Shown in pieces: positions 1 through 11,027 of a stretch of DNA of 50,071 bases. This stretch comes from Sphaerodactylus townsendi. Lineage: Eukaryota. Made by a program: the position numbers and the translations under genes. The first letter of the stretch is position 1. Each line of letters begins with the position of its first letter. Below the pieces are notes generated by a model, which saw only the letters and a program-made list of their open reading frames with translations, had not been told where the DNA came from and did no database searches. Where the stretch lies: the NCBI RefSeq assembly GCF_021028975.2, contig NC_059430.1, forward strand, positions 78,691,930-78,742,000, in the 5' to 3' direction.

Positions 1-871
1 CATATCTCCTCAACTTTCTCTCTAAGTGCATAGCACTTGACTGACCAAACACTGACTCTATCAGTGTTCTACTTCATCATGTGCCTTAGTGATTTTTTAA
101 ACTTAAATAATTTATTGTTATTACAATGTAAAGGAACAATTAATTTAACATGTGTATGTAGAACTTATGTATACATTTCTAATGATTCATTTCTACATTA
201 GGTTTCATTACAGTGCTTTCACAACAGCTCTCATAGCCCAATTCTATTGTGGGGTGGGGGAAATGGTCTGTTGGAACTGGCGAGGGCTTGTGCTGACACT
301 TTTCCCTGCCTCCCCCACCCCTTTCAGTAGATAGGGCAAACTAGGAGCTGGGCCCAATCCCCAAAGAGTCCAGGCGGACGTTGGCACAGTTGGGGGTGTT
401 CCCAGGGCTGGAGCTGACTTTAGTCAGCCTCCATCAGCCTTTATATTCAGGAATACTCTGGCACAGCCCTTGGACTTAATCTACCCATTTGGGTGACATA
501 AGTCCATTTTGGGCTATGGAGGGCTTGCAGGCAGCCAGGGAATTTTTAGCATTTTCTGCTCCCTGTGCTGTCAACATGCTCTCTGGATTTGGAACTGTTA
601 GTCTTCTTATCATTTGCCTTTGTTTATCAAAAAAGCTCTTTTAAAAACATTTATTTCTTAAATCTTTCCCTTTTTACTTTAATTCTCATCTTTGCCACAG
701 GCCATATACGTGTAAAAGACATTCCTTTTTTCCTGGAATCTGGATCTTGGTCTGTTACATGTATGATGTTGGACTTGCTATGACACCATATTCTGCCAAT
801 TTGTTTTTCCAGTCTTCCAGAGTTTGTCATTTGTCTGCTCTCTACTTTGCTGAAAATATTATTCTTGCTGC

Positions 872-954
872 TATTACCATATAACAATTCATTATAAATT
901 GTTGTATTGAACAATATATTACCATTGAACAATTCATTATAAATTGTTGTATTG
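872..954. repeat. Two-copy tandem duplication, 45-bp period
   Basis: TATTACCAT..AACAATTCATTATAAATTGTTGTATTG at 872 and 917. Confidence 0.9.
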
Positions 955-1256
955 CTTGGTAATATAACTAGCAATAAAGCCCATTGTGTGAGAAAATACA
1001 ACAGGCTATAGAAAACTGTGACGTGTTTGTATCCGCACGGCCAACCCCTCAGCTCTTTAAAAGGTGAGTCGTCACCAATCAACTGCTAGTCAGACAACTT
1101 TAGCCTGGCATTAATTGCTAAAATTATGTCAAATTTGGGCTTTGCACAATTGTGCCTTCAGTGTGTATATTCCACTCTCTTTAGAAGTTTGAGTTCCGGC
1201 TACTCATAATGTACTTAACTTGCAAAAAAAATTATACCAATACATAGTACACTTAC

Positions 1257-1428
1257 TTTGCTGTGCATAAAATCACTATGCAAGTCTTTGTACCAGGAGG
1301 CAGAGAGATCTCTGTAATGGATCCTGTTTTTCCTTTTATATTTTCTTTTTCTTCTTTTTCATTGCTTAGGTTTCCAGATGTTCCAATAATAGACTTATCT
1401 TCATTTCCACTTTTCTTCAGATCTACTT
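1257..1428 (-). CDS. MOV10L1: MOV10L1 coding exon 8 (gene continues beyond window start)
   Basis: tttgtag|...SLPPGTKTCIVILCTAK|gtaagt, like human VPPGGKTFIVVICDGK. A second in-phase AG lies 6 nt further in. Confidence 0.87.
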
Positions 1429-1541
1429 CTACAAAGAGGTATATCAATTTAGGCCAAATCACAAGTTTGACATGCAAGGGCTTCTTATGGGCAGAAGATA
1501 CACAGCCATTCAATATATTTAAAATGTTAATGCATATTTAC

Positions 1542-1678
1542 TTGGTGTAATGGCTGATGCTAGAGGAGTTGAAGAATTCTTGTGGTCTTCTCTTGGCATT
1601 TGAAGACAAAATTGTTTCTCTTTTTCCCAGCCACCTAATTTGCAGCTAATTAAACAGTGTGTTGCTTCTCCTTTATTC
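1542..1678 (-). CDS. MOV10L1: MOV10L1 coding exon 7
   Basis: ttttag|G NKGEATHCLISCKLGGWEKEKQFCLQM...TP A|gtaaat, like human [27 protein letters not shown]. Confidence 0.9.
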
Positions 1679-3577
1679 CTAAAAAGGGAACACTGAGACG
1701 TAAGCTTAAAATTATTTTCAAGATACGAGAGGATCATTCTGTCTCCCTTTCTCCCCCAATCATTTTTACCCATCGTTACAAGTATAAGGTATTAGAGTCA
1801 CACTTAAACTTGGAGGATTGGAGGAATTCAACCACAGTAACCATGAAGTCTGTCCCAAGCCACCCAAGATATGTCAAAATTTTGGGGAAGTTTCAAATTT
1901 GAGCTGATTGTTACACTATATTCTGTATCACCAAAAGAACAAAGTACAATCCTTGGTGCTGCAGCAAAAGTGTACATTTCCACAGTAGAAACTACTTTTG
2001 AAAGACTATGAGCAGGCAGGCAAGAAAGTGGTGAGTTGGGGAGGGGGATAGGTTGAGGGCCTAGTTTGGTGTTTGAGCTGGGTGGAGAAGGGGAAAGGAA
2101 AAGTTATTGCCAAGCCCAGCAGGAGAGTGGAGGCTTGCTGTGGCCCTCCTGCCGGGCCTAGCTTGGTGTTTGGGCCAAGGGGAGGATGGGGGCAAAGGGA
2201 AGGCTATTGCCTGGTGTGGTAGGAACAGTGGCTTGCCGTGGCTTGGGTTGGGGGGGAGGAATGGGAAGGCTACCGCCAGGCCCAGAAGTATAGTGGTGTC
2301 TTGCCATGGCTCTCCTGCTGGGCCTGGCTTGATGTTTGGGCTGGGGGGAGGGGAGAAGGTGGGAAGGGCCTGGAGGAAGACTGGCAGAAAGCTTGAGGGA
2401 AAGACTGTACAAAAACTACATCTACCAAAATTTCCTCTTCTATAAGGAGGTCCAGGAACTGGCAACAGATGAATTCAGAAATCTCCTGAGATCTTTTGGT
2501 GAGACAGAATATAGGCAATACATTAATACAGTACAGGCAGATCATCCCACTAGCTAGAAGATTTTATTTAATTTGACTTTTGCCTCACACCTTTCCCGGC
2601 CAGCCAGGCTCAGAGCAGCTTCCAACAGTAACACATATACAATTATACATAATACTTAAAAACCATAACTCCTACTCACGTTTACAACTGTGTTAAGAGT
2701 GAATAAAGAACACCTAATCTGGGTTATGTTGGTGATGCTGTGTCATCTTTTGGATATTCCTTTCTACAGGTTTGTGAATGCTAACAAACATATTCAAACA
2801 TCATGGCAGGGTTAAGCTATAGGCAAGCAAAATCCTGTCTCCTCAAAGAATCTTGTTTTTATTATCACCTCTTAATAACTGTACAAGATGACAAGCCTCC
2901 ATTGTCCTCTATATTCTGTAACTATCTTTTTGCTTTCAGCCTGACTGGATTTTTGATAATTTGAAAATGCAAGTGGTTAAATATGTTCTCTCTAAATAAT
3001 AAATTGAAAACTGATTTAAATCCATCATTTGAATTGGTTCTCTTGGTGATGCAAGCTTCTTTGGTGGTGATGGAGCAAAATGTCTGCAAATCAACTTATG
3101 GAAACCACATAGGGTTTTCAAAACTATCTAACAAAGGTGGTTTGCCAGTGAATGTCTCTGTATAATGATCCTAAATTTTCTTGGTGGTCTCCAACCAAGG
3201 CTGCTTTAGCTTCCAAAATCAGACAAGACTGGACTAACATTAAGACAATGTAAAACCAAAGCCCTTAAAGGCACTTTCAAGACTAACATTTATTCCAGCA
3301 CGAGCTTTTGTGAGTTAGAGTTCACTTCTTGTACTCTGCCTCTCTCTCTACATAAGCATCACGGTATCTATGCAGGGGTTACTGACAAAAGGTATGCTGT
3401 CAGTTTCACTATCCCTCCCATCTTCAAAATATTCATTTCACTAAAATAGACAAATAAATCCAGATGACCCACTATATGTCCACTATGAAAAAGTGCACTA
3501 TGTTTTAGGTTCAAATCTGGCTTTCTTTGGTTAGTTAAAAGGAGATAGCTAAATAGTAAATTAAGCAAGCAGTTTAC

Positions 3578-3718
3578 TCTATCCAGACTTCCATGCTTTT
3601 CTTCTCTCCTAGTAGCAGTATTCCAAAATCGGTTGGTTTTGACACACAGAGTCCTCCTTTGTCCTTCAATAAGTTTTCATATGGCTCACTCAAGTTCACT
3701 CCGTTATCAGAAGACGTC
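3578..3718 (-). CDS. MOV10L1: MOV10L1 coding exon 6
   Basis: taacag|...GA|gtaaac, 141 nt, phase 2-2. LLKDKGGLCVSKPTDFGILLLGEKKSMEVWIE is like human LLKNKGDIEV...FGTL...MVIWIE. Confidence 0.93.
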
Positions 3719-4005
3719 CTGTTAAGAAGACAAATTTACAATCTGTGTGGCATTGTCAGACGTTACTCCCAATAAAGCCAAGCTGTTGCCACCAATTACA
3801 TGTACACTAATTGCCAAGATGCAACTCCAGCAAGAGTTTTAAAATATATAACAAATTAGAAGTAAAGCTTGTTGTGGAAAAAAATGCAATGGGCTCTAGA
3901 AAAAAGGGAACTGCAGTCTAATTTCTGTCTCAGCGCACTTGTTTTCTCATCGACAAGAAACTTTTAAAGTACAAATGAGAGCATTCTTTATTAAATTAGA
4001 TTTAC

Positions 4006-4196
4006 CTATTATTTTCAGTTGGAGTCATGCAAAGCGCTCTCCAAGTACAACATGACTGATTACTCTCCACAACAACCACATTGACCAGATCATGTCTTTT
4101 GGGCATATAACCATCAGGAAGTATTAATGAATCCAGAGTGAAAAATACACTGTCATCTATCACACCAATTCTTCCACAAACACTGGAAATCAGAAC
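4006..4196 (-). CDS. MOV10L1: MOV10L1 coding exon 5
   Basis: ttgcag|[58 protein letters not shown]...AG|gtaaat. Confidence 0.96.
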
Positions 4197-5551
4197 CTGC
4201 AACAATTACAGTTGGCATTAGGTATAATAAAAACTATTAAGAGCAAAAAGCAAAATATTTCTTTACATTATTTGAAGTTACTTGGAGAGTAGAGGCTGAA
4301 GTTTAGATTGAAGTTACTTGGAGAGAATATCTTGAAATGTCCAATCATTCTGCATACAGGAAGAATCCTGGCTATGTTCAGCTGCCTCAACAAAAGAGAC
4401 CAGACAGTGATGGGCATAAACTGATGTGCATATTCTGTTTGCTGGTGTGTATATTCTGTTTCCCTTGCCCTCCCCCCTCCCAGGTGCCAAGTGCAACTAA
4501 ACACTTCCTGGTCTCACAAGCCTTAACAATCAAACTCTAATTGGTGAAACTATCCAATTGAAGGCAACCGGAAGAACTGAAGATTGATTCTTCCCTCAAA
4601 TCAACATTCTATATTTTAGCTGTATGTGTAATATGTGTGTGTAGGGAGAAAATGCCAGTTCAAAGAGATATGCAGATGCAAGTGTCTGGTTGAACAGGAG
4701 CTCAGTTCAAGAGTTCCAATAGCTGACCCCATGCTCCACAAGTGAGGGAAGCAAGCAAGCATGGCAAAAGCTGTGTTTAAACCCATCACAGGTGAGCCTC
4801 CATTGTCTTACAACAGCTGAAAGCCACTGTTTTTGCAAGACCACCATACCTATCCATTGCTTAGTACTGCAACTTGTGTTTTCAGTTGTCTTTTCCTAGA
4901 AGTTAACAAAATTAAACTAAATATTAAATTTGCTAAATACTGGTTTAAGACAGATTTCAGGGTACTAGTATAGGTTGCACCAGTGTCAATATATGGAAGA
5001 GCATTTCAAATCACTGCAATAAGACAGATGATATGCTTGAACATTACCATGCTTCCTCATTTCTAACCTTGATGGGATTGGGGGCTGGTCTTGGACAACC
5101 TTCCACCATGAATTCAAGTGCTCAGTAACTGCCAGAGGGGCATATCATTTGTAAGGTCCTTTAAAACTGAGGGGAGACTGCCGGACACTCAGGTCAACTT
5201 GCATCATATGTAGGATAAGCTCAATGCTTTAACATTTAGCGTGAATATAAAACTGACTATAGCAGTCTAAACGTCATGGCTTCCTAGATGGAACACTGGC
5301 AACCATAGCCTTGTGGAGGGCAATTTCCTCCCAACAGAAGCCTTCAGTGCTCCCACACTAATGCTGACAGGTTGCCCATAGGAAAGTCAACTACATTTCT
5401 TTATGTTTGCCTGGGGATTTGAGAAGCTCAGTTTTTGAAGTTTTACTCTACTACCAGCTCAGGTGTTTCTTAAATGATTTATCTTCACATTACAACCTTT
5501 GAGAAAATATTTGTAACCACTCCCCAAAACTAAATGAGGCAATATGCCTAC

Positions 5552-5664
5552 CTTGTCAACTCTCTTATACCTCAAGGGCTTTACAGAAACAGCCTCGCTT
5601 TTCAAAGTTCTTGGGTTAATAACATATTCAGCTTGCACCCAATCCCCTTTGTAAGGTTCAAAGT
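5552..5664 (-). CDS. MOV10L1: MOV10L1 coding exon 4
   Basis: tttaag|...AAG|gtaggc, 113 nt. [37 protein letters not shown] matches human FEPCKGDWVEAEY...[12 protein letters not shown]. Not in the ORF track. Confidence 0.96.
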
Positions 5665-6337
5665 CTTAAAAAATAAAACCAGCACAAGTTACAAAAAGTT
5701 TGTGGAAAGTAGGAATAAAAGTCTGCGTCAGTTCTGTCAACGCATAACATGAAAACAAGGCACAGAACAAGATCCAAACATAGTTATAATATTAGGACTA
5801 GGATTAATTTTGACGTTGTATCTGATACTGGAAATAAAACTTGAAACAGCAAAATGGAAAATGCCACAAATGTCAACAGTCCAAAAATATTTTATCACAC
5901 CTAACATGTTACCAGCTATTCAGAGATAAAAATCTTCTCCTCATAGAACTCAGCGACGAGTGCCCACCAGTTAATACGCAGTCTTCAATCAGTACAAAAT
6001 ATTTTAGCTCATTTATTGCCTGGCATGGGTTGCCATGACACATCATCCACAATTTGACATACTGGGCTCAATTCCAAGTGTTGGCTATCACCTATGAAAT
6101 TCTTTATAACTCAGATCTGAATCAACCCAAAGGACTGGCTTGCCCCTGTATAACATTACGAGGACATTTCTAATGCTTCATTTCCTGCAGAAATTTTCAT
6201 TTTTAAAGACTCATTGTTCTATGAACTTAATGAATAATATTACCAATATTGACAACACAATATTGGGCAAACTTGGCAGTTTCAAAGTTAGAATTATTTT
6301 TTTCAGGTGAACCTTCCTACAAATTGTATACATGTAT

Positions 6338-6492
6338 TGTCGAAGGCTTCCATGGCTGGAATCAGTGAGGTGTTATGTGGTTTCCAGGCAGTATGATCCT
6401 CTGAAGATGCCAGCCACAGATGTAGGCGAAACGTCAGGAGAAAATGCTACTAGAATATGGCCATACAGCCCAGAAATCACACAACAACCCAG
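6338..6492. mobile_element. Penelope-like retroelement terminal fragment with inverted arrangement
   Basis: Contains CCTCTGAAGATGCCAGCCACAGATGTAGGCGAAACGTCAGGAGAAAATGC, typical of squamate Penelope ends. The first ~55 nt are an inverted copy of the pLTR end. Flanked by the 13-bp direct repeat tgtatacatgtat (6325-6337, 6493-6505). Confidence 0.75.
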
Positions 6493-6521
6493 TGTATACA
6501 TGTATGTTTTACTGATTTAAA

Positions 6522-7537
6522 AAATGACACTTTGAACTTACCGTGAAAGTGTGTTCTCTTCAGTGGGGTGAAGTCACCCAGGCTGGTTAGGTCATAACTC
6601 CTTTGTTCAGGCAGGTCTATGCAAAGTTTTTGCAAGGGCTCCTGAATGAAGAGGGCTGAACCTCGCCCAGATGTTGCAAAGCCTTGAAAGCTTCCTAGTT
6701 TCCTCTACCATTCTTATTTAAACTACACTGGGTGGGTTCAAGACGACGTCACCCAACTGAACAGAAGACCCTTTCACAATAAGTCCAAAATTTCATTCTC
6801 CTTCAGAGAGGCTACAGTCATTCAGGCTAGTTATGCACAAAAGTTTCAGACAAAGGAAAAAGCCCAATCCTTAAATAGCAGCTTCCAAAGTCCTACCTTT
6901 TACTGCTCCTGGAGCAGCTGTTGTAAGACCCGTCTGCTGAAGGTCACCTTAGCAGATCTGTCTCAGTTCAGTTGGTGATGATGAACAAATGTCAAAAAAA
7001 GATAACCAGGTGGCCACTCTACAAACTTTGATGCTCTGTTGGAAAAAGCTGCTGTTATGGCAGCCACCCTGGTTGAATGTGCTGTCACTGGACCTGGAAC
7101 TTGTGAACACTGAGAACTATAAGCTAGGTGAATACAAAGTTTTACTCATCTAGTGAAGGAAAATTTTGATGCCTTCAACCGCAGTCTATAGTTCTCGAAA
7201 GGGCTCTGTCATTTTGACATCTCTATTTACCACTGTTATGACAGCAAGCTCTTGCTCCCTAGGATGACTGGGCTTAGGGCAAAAGGAGGGTAAGCACCAT
7301 TGTCTGGCTAATATGAAAAAGGGTTCCCACCTTGGGCAAAAAGGAGGGGTGTGTCCTCAACATTACTGATTCCTTTTGGATATCACACAACTTGCTCCTA
7401 ATGGAAAGAGTCCCCAACTCAGAAACATGTCTGGCTGATGTGGTGGCCACAAAGAACGGCAATTTACAGGAGAGGTGCTTTTTGATGACTTCTTTAGAAG
7501 CTCAAATGGGGGACTGGTGAGAGTTTTTAGAACCTTA
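6522..7537 (-). mobile_element. Degenerate DIRS1-type tyrosine-recombinase retrotransposon, 3' part
   Basis: Frameshifted YR peptides KVLKTLTSPPFE, FFVATTSARHVSELGTLS...LRTHPSFLPKV..FH..Q and VTAHSTRVAA...VCRVATW...FSRRVLQ. Followed by an inverted repeat (~6523-6580 vs ~6745-6797) consistent with the DIRS right ITR/ICR. Confidence 0.88.
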
Positions 7538-7667
7538 GGCTCATTCCGCACACGCAAAATAATGCACTTTCAAGCTGCTTTCACAACTGTTTTTGCCATT
7601 CTGCACAGCTTCAAAGAGCCCTGAAAGCAGCTTGAAAGTGCATTATTCTGCGTGTGCGGAATGAGCC
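7538..7667. mobile_element. Palindromic MITE, PIF/Harbinger-like
   Basis: Long TIRs GGCTCATTCCGCACACGCA...TGCGTGTGCGGAATGAGCC, flanks tta/ata. Same family as 41294-41434. Confidence 0.8.
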
Positions 7668-7915
7668 ATAGCCAATCTCTGTCAGAGGACTTATCTATTT
7701 CAGTCCCTTCAGAAGCTTCTTTACAAGTCCATGCTTTGAGAAATGGCACGTTGCTCTCTTTTCCAAGGCAGCCGTCAGGCTGCAACTTGCCATGGCAACG
7801 GATTTGGCTTTAAACCTAACTTCCAACCCAAGAACAAAAACTCAACAATGCCCTTCAACTAGCCTCCAGAGGATTTAACAATTTTCTAACCAACAATTAG
7901 TTAGAAAAAACTAAC

Positions 7916-8081
7916 AATTATTTTCAAGAACCTCCTTCTTGGAAAAGGATGTTGTTTGATTGATGAAGCCACCACATGCAGTAGCAGATGTAATAGTGCC
8001 AATCAATGTTTTTGATTCCAAGTCCACATCCAAATGAGGCATGCTGCTACCACATTCCCATTTGTCTGAAACAACATCTAC
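7916..8081 (-). CDS. MOV10L1: MOV10L1 coding exon 3 (3' boundary inferred, see findings)
   Basis: ttgcag|VDVVSDKWE...LIGTITS...INQTTSFS, like human VEAVSDKWE...LIGCVTS...ISQTTYFS. The phase-1 donor is T|gttagt at 7915. Confidence 0.88.
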
Positions 8082-8607
8082 CTGCAAAAGCAAACAAAAC
8101 CACACTTTGCTACAAGAAATATTCACAGGCAAGATTTCTTAATAAACTGTTTCAGATAGTCCATTATACCACACATGGCTAAAGAATATCCATTTTCCAA
8201 TGTGCTTCTGTAGTTCTGAGAAATACCTAAATAAAATATAGCTGCCTTCAGATTTGGCTTTTAGAAAAATTACAAGATCATTAACTATGAGCAAAGAAAA
8301 ATCAACTTGATAAATATACCTACACCCACCCCCATCCTCACTGTGGGAGGAAACTAAAAACTGAATCAAACTATCTATACTTTATCTGAACCCAAAACCT
8401 CAATTAACATCCCCCCCCCGCATACATACACAGAAAAAATGAGTTTTTTATCACAAAATCAGGGAGAAACAACATAAACATGACACAGGTGGTATCAGAT
8501 GTTACTTACTCTGAAGAGAAATGGAAGTTATGGGCATAGAAACCTGAAGACATTTTTCAGAAAAGTAACAAAAACTCAATCAAATTTTGTACTCGTTTGT
8601 ATCATAC

Positions 8608-8792
8608 CCTGATGGCCTTTAATCCATTAGTGGTTTTACCCTCTTCAACAAGAGCTATGACTCTTTGTCCAACTTGCAATAGCGCATTTCCCATCACAGC
8701 GTCACTGGTGAAACAAATCAAATCATCTATCATCCCAAAATCTTGGCAATATCTTGTTACAACACCTTCTACTCTTTTTATTTCTTTACCAC
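8608..8792 (-). CDS. MOV10L1: MOV10L1 coding exon 2
   Basis: ttttag|...AGG|gtatga, 185 nt. Encodes [32 protein letters not shown]...NGLKAIR, matching human VRGVVTRYCSDYGMIDD...NGLKAIR. Confidence 0.96.
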
Positions 8793-9927
8793 CTAAAAAA
8801 AGAGAAAAGTTTTATATCAGTGCAAACAGAAATTACTGTATTTGCTGTGGGGACAGAACTATTTCAAGCAACACCATGTTAGTACACTTTAGCCTAACAC
8901 AGTGGCAGTATCTGACTACAAATAAAAGACGGAATCTATGAAAAACAGTGAAAATACTACAAAACCACATAGTAAGAGACACAAACCTTTTCATATCCTT
9001 TAAGTAAGATGAAATTCCTGAATTTCTGAGTCATCTATAATAAGACATCGCGCAGTTAAATTAATCTTGCCTGGACAATTGCTGGCCGACCTCTGTTATG
9101 TATGTTCTCTATTAAAAGGAAAGGAATACCCTGTCCCGCAGCTTCCTAACCAGCACTCAAGAAATAATTCCAAACAGTAACAAAAACTCATTCAGCTCCT
9201 GTGGGGTCCCTACACTGTAATATTCACAGAAGTTTAGTTCTTAGAAATTCACTGTTTACTATCAGCTACCAGTAAACACCTCATAACAAAGGCCTATAAT
9301 AAAATTTGAACACAATTAAACAACCAGCAGGATTCGTGACCAAGAAATGTCAGAAGCCTAAAATGTCAAGGAGTTCTTAAGAGTGCCTTTTCGGCAGCCA
9401 AAAGCCACTAAACCTAAAACTAATCTACCCCAGATTGACTGAAGGCCTTCTTTATAAACCAACATGTCTAATTTCCAAAGACATGAAAGCAACAAACCGT
9501 GTTAAGATGAGCCAATATTTACAAGCAACCAAAAGTTTGGTTTGTCTTACTAGTGGATACGGCAGAGAAAGAATAAGCTCAAGAATAATGATAATACTGC
9601 ATAACCATAAAGATCTCAGAAGAGTGTGTAAACCCTAAAAAAAAGAATTAGAAAGCCGATGTCTCTTTGGTACAGATCTCTCAAGAACTCACAGCGTCCC
9701 ATTTGGCGTGGCCCAGACTTCATATAAACAGGTAATACGGAAGCTTGTCAATACTTAATAGCGAGGAAAAAGTCCCACCGAATCTTTCCCCAGTGAACAA
9801 ATCTTAAAACACAAGCAAAAGCAAAAGCTGAGGAAGAATTCAACTGGGGAAGCTTCGTCAGGGTCACACTTGGACAAGGAAAACTCATTTTCTTCTATCG
9901 GCCTTCCTAGTAACGACCCCCACCCAC

Positions 9928-10030
9928 CCACCCTGGGTGGACATTTGAGCCGACCTCTGGCCGCCAGGGGCTCTTCAAGGTCGGCCTTTCGCCAGAAGAA
10001 TGCAAGACCTTTAGACAAGAACCCGAACAT
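9928..10030 (-). CDS. MOV10L1: MOV10L1 coding exon 1
   Basis: MFGFLSKGLAFFWRKADLEE resembles the human N-terminus MLSLAAKLVAFFWRTAD. The GTGGGT donor at 9927 was chosen because it gives the phase 1 needed by exon 2; other GT sites lie 4 nt away. Confidence 0.85.
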
Positions 10031-10129
10031 CGTCACAGGCCTCTTCCAGGGAGAGCGCCCCAAGGCAACCGACTCCAGGATCCTTCCTCCTCCGTTCACC
10101 GAAACAATCTCCCAAAGTGGCCCCAGCTC

Positions 10130-10500
10130 GTGCTTAAGGAAGCCACGCCCCTGAAGAACCTGGTGGCGCGGGTTTCTAAGCACGCGGCTCGAAGCAGGAC
10201 GAGCCGCGCAAGCGCAGTCGGGAGCTGAGGCGGTTTCTATGCGTGCTGATGGCGATCGCTGAATTGTCCTTATTGGCGCTTGTCTGTCCTTTTCCCTCAT
10301 GCGTTACGCTGCTACTTCCGAAATTAAGAGGCGCCTAATCCCCTTTTGTACCTTATTTAATGCAAAATTAATCAAAACACTATATCGTGTTTTAATCCGA
10401 AGCAGGGCGGTTTATGAGTTTATCCTCACCTCTATTTTGACCCCATGACGACCTTATGAGGTGCGCTGAGGGGGGGGCGGGTATGACGGAGTTTTTAAAA
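10130..10500 (-). promoter_or_regulatory. CpG-rich MOV10L1 promoter / 5' UTR region
   Basis: Locally high CpG density just upstream of the ATG. CCAAT box (ATTGG ~10272), ETS-like ACTTCCG 10314-10320, GC boxes at ~10404 and ~10474. Confidence 0.6.
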
Positions 10501-10649
10501 TAGGTTTTGCCAACCTGGGAGTGGGACTTGATCATGTCCTGACAGGGACCTGGTAGGACGGGATAAAAACCGAACGGGCGTTAAATGAATTAGAGGACCA
10601 CAAAAAACAATAGCATCCATTAGACACACTCCAGAATTACAATCTAGGG

Positions 10650-11027
10650 CAGGGGTCGGGAACCTTTTCCCCTCAAAGAACCATTTGGCTCACCCTCCCC
10701 CGCTCACCCCCCCCACTCGCTCGCACGTCCCCCCTCCGCCCACTTGCTTGCTCGCGCCCCCTCGCCCGCTCACCCCCCCCCCGCGCCTGCAGAGCAGGCG
10801 AAGATGGGTCCGGCGGCTCGGCCTGGCCGGCCGCCGGGAAAGCACCCACCTCGCAATGAGCGAGGCGGGCAGCAGGCAAAGCCCGCGGCCCGGCCTGGCT
10901 GGCCGTGGGCGAGGGATGCGCCCACCCTGCTGCTTGCAGGGTGGGTGAAGATGGGACCGGCGGCTCGGCCTGGCCGCCCGCCGGGAAAACGCCCTCCTCG
11001 CAATGAACGAGGCGGGCAGGAGGCAAA
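10650..11027 (+). mobile_element. Truncated GC-rich hAT (Charlie-like) non-autonomous element
   Basis: Starts CAGGGGTCGGGAACCTTTT after atctaggg (close to the Charlie NTCTAGAN target). Two ~90-bp internal direct repeats 147 bp apart. No right TIR seen. Confidence 0.6.

Noticed and set aside
1429-1541. Premature stop or frameshift suggesting a MOV10L1 pseudogene
   Set aside because: Explained by a canonical 113-nt GT-AG phase-1 intron.
9755-10300. 181-aa ORF as an N-terminally extended MOV10L1
   Set aside because: Similarity to MOV10L1 starts only at Met 10030. The upstream part is CpG-island sequence and the downstream part is intron read-through.
10800-11027. 147-bp repeat period as a nucleosome-positioning signal
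   Set aside because: Only two copies, inside a transposon; most likely coincidence.
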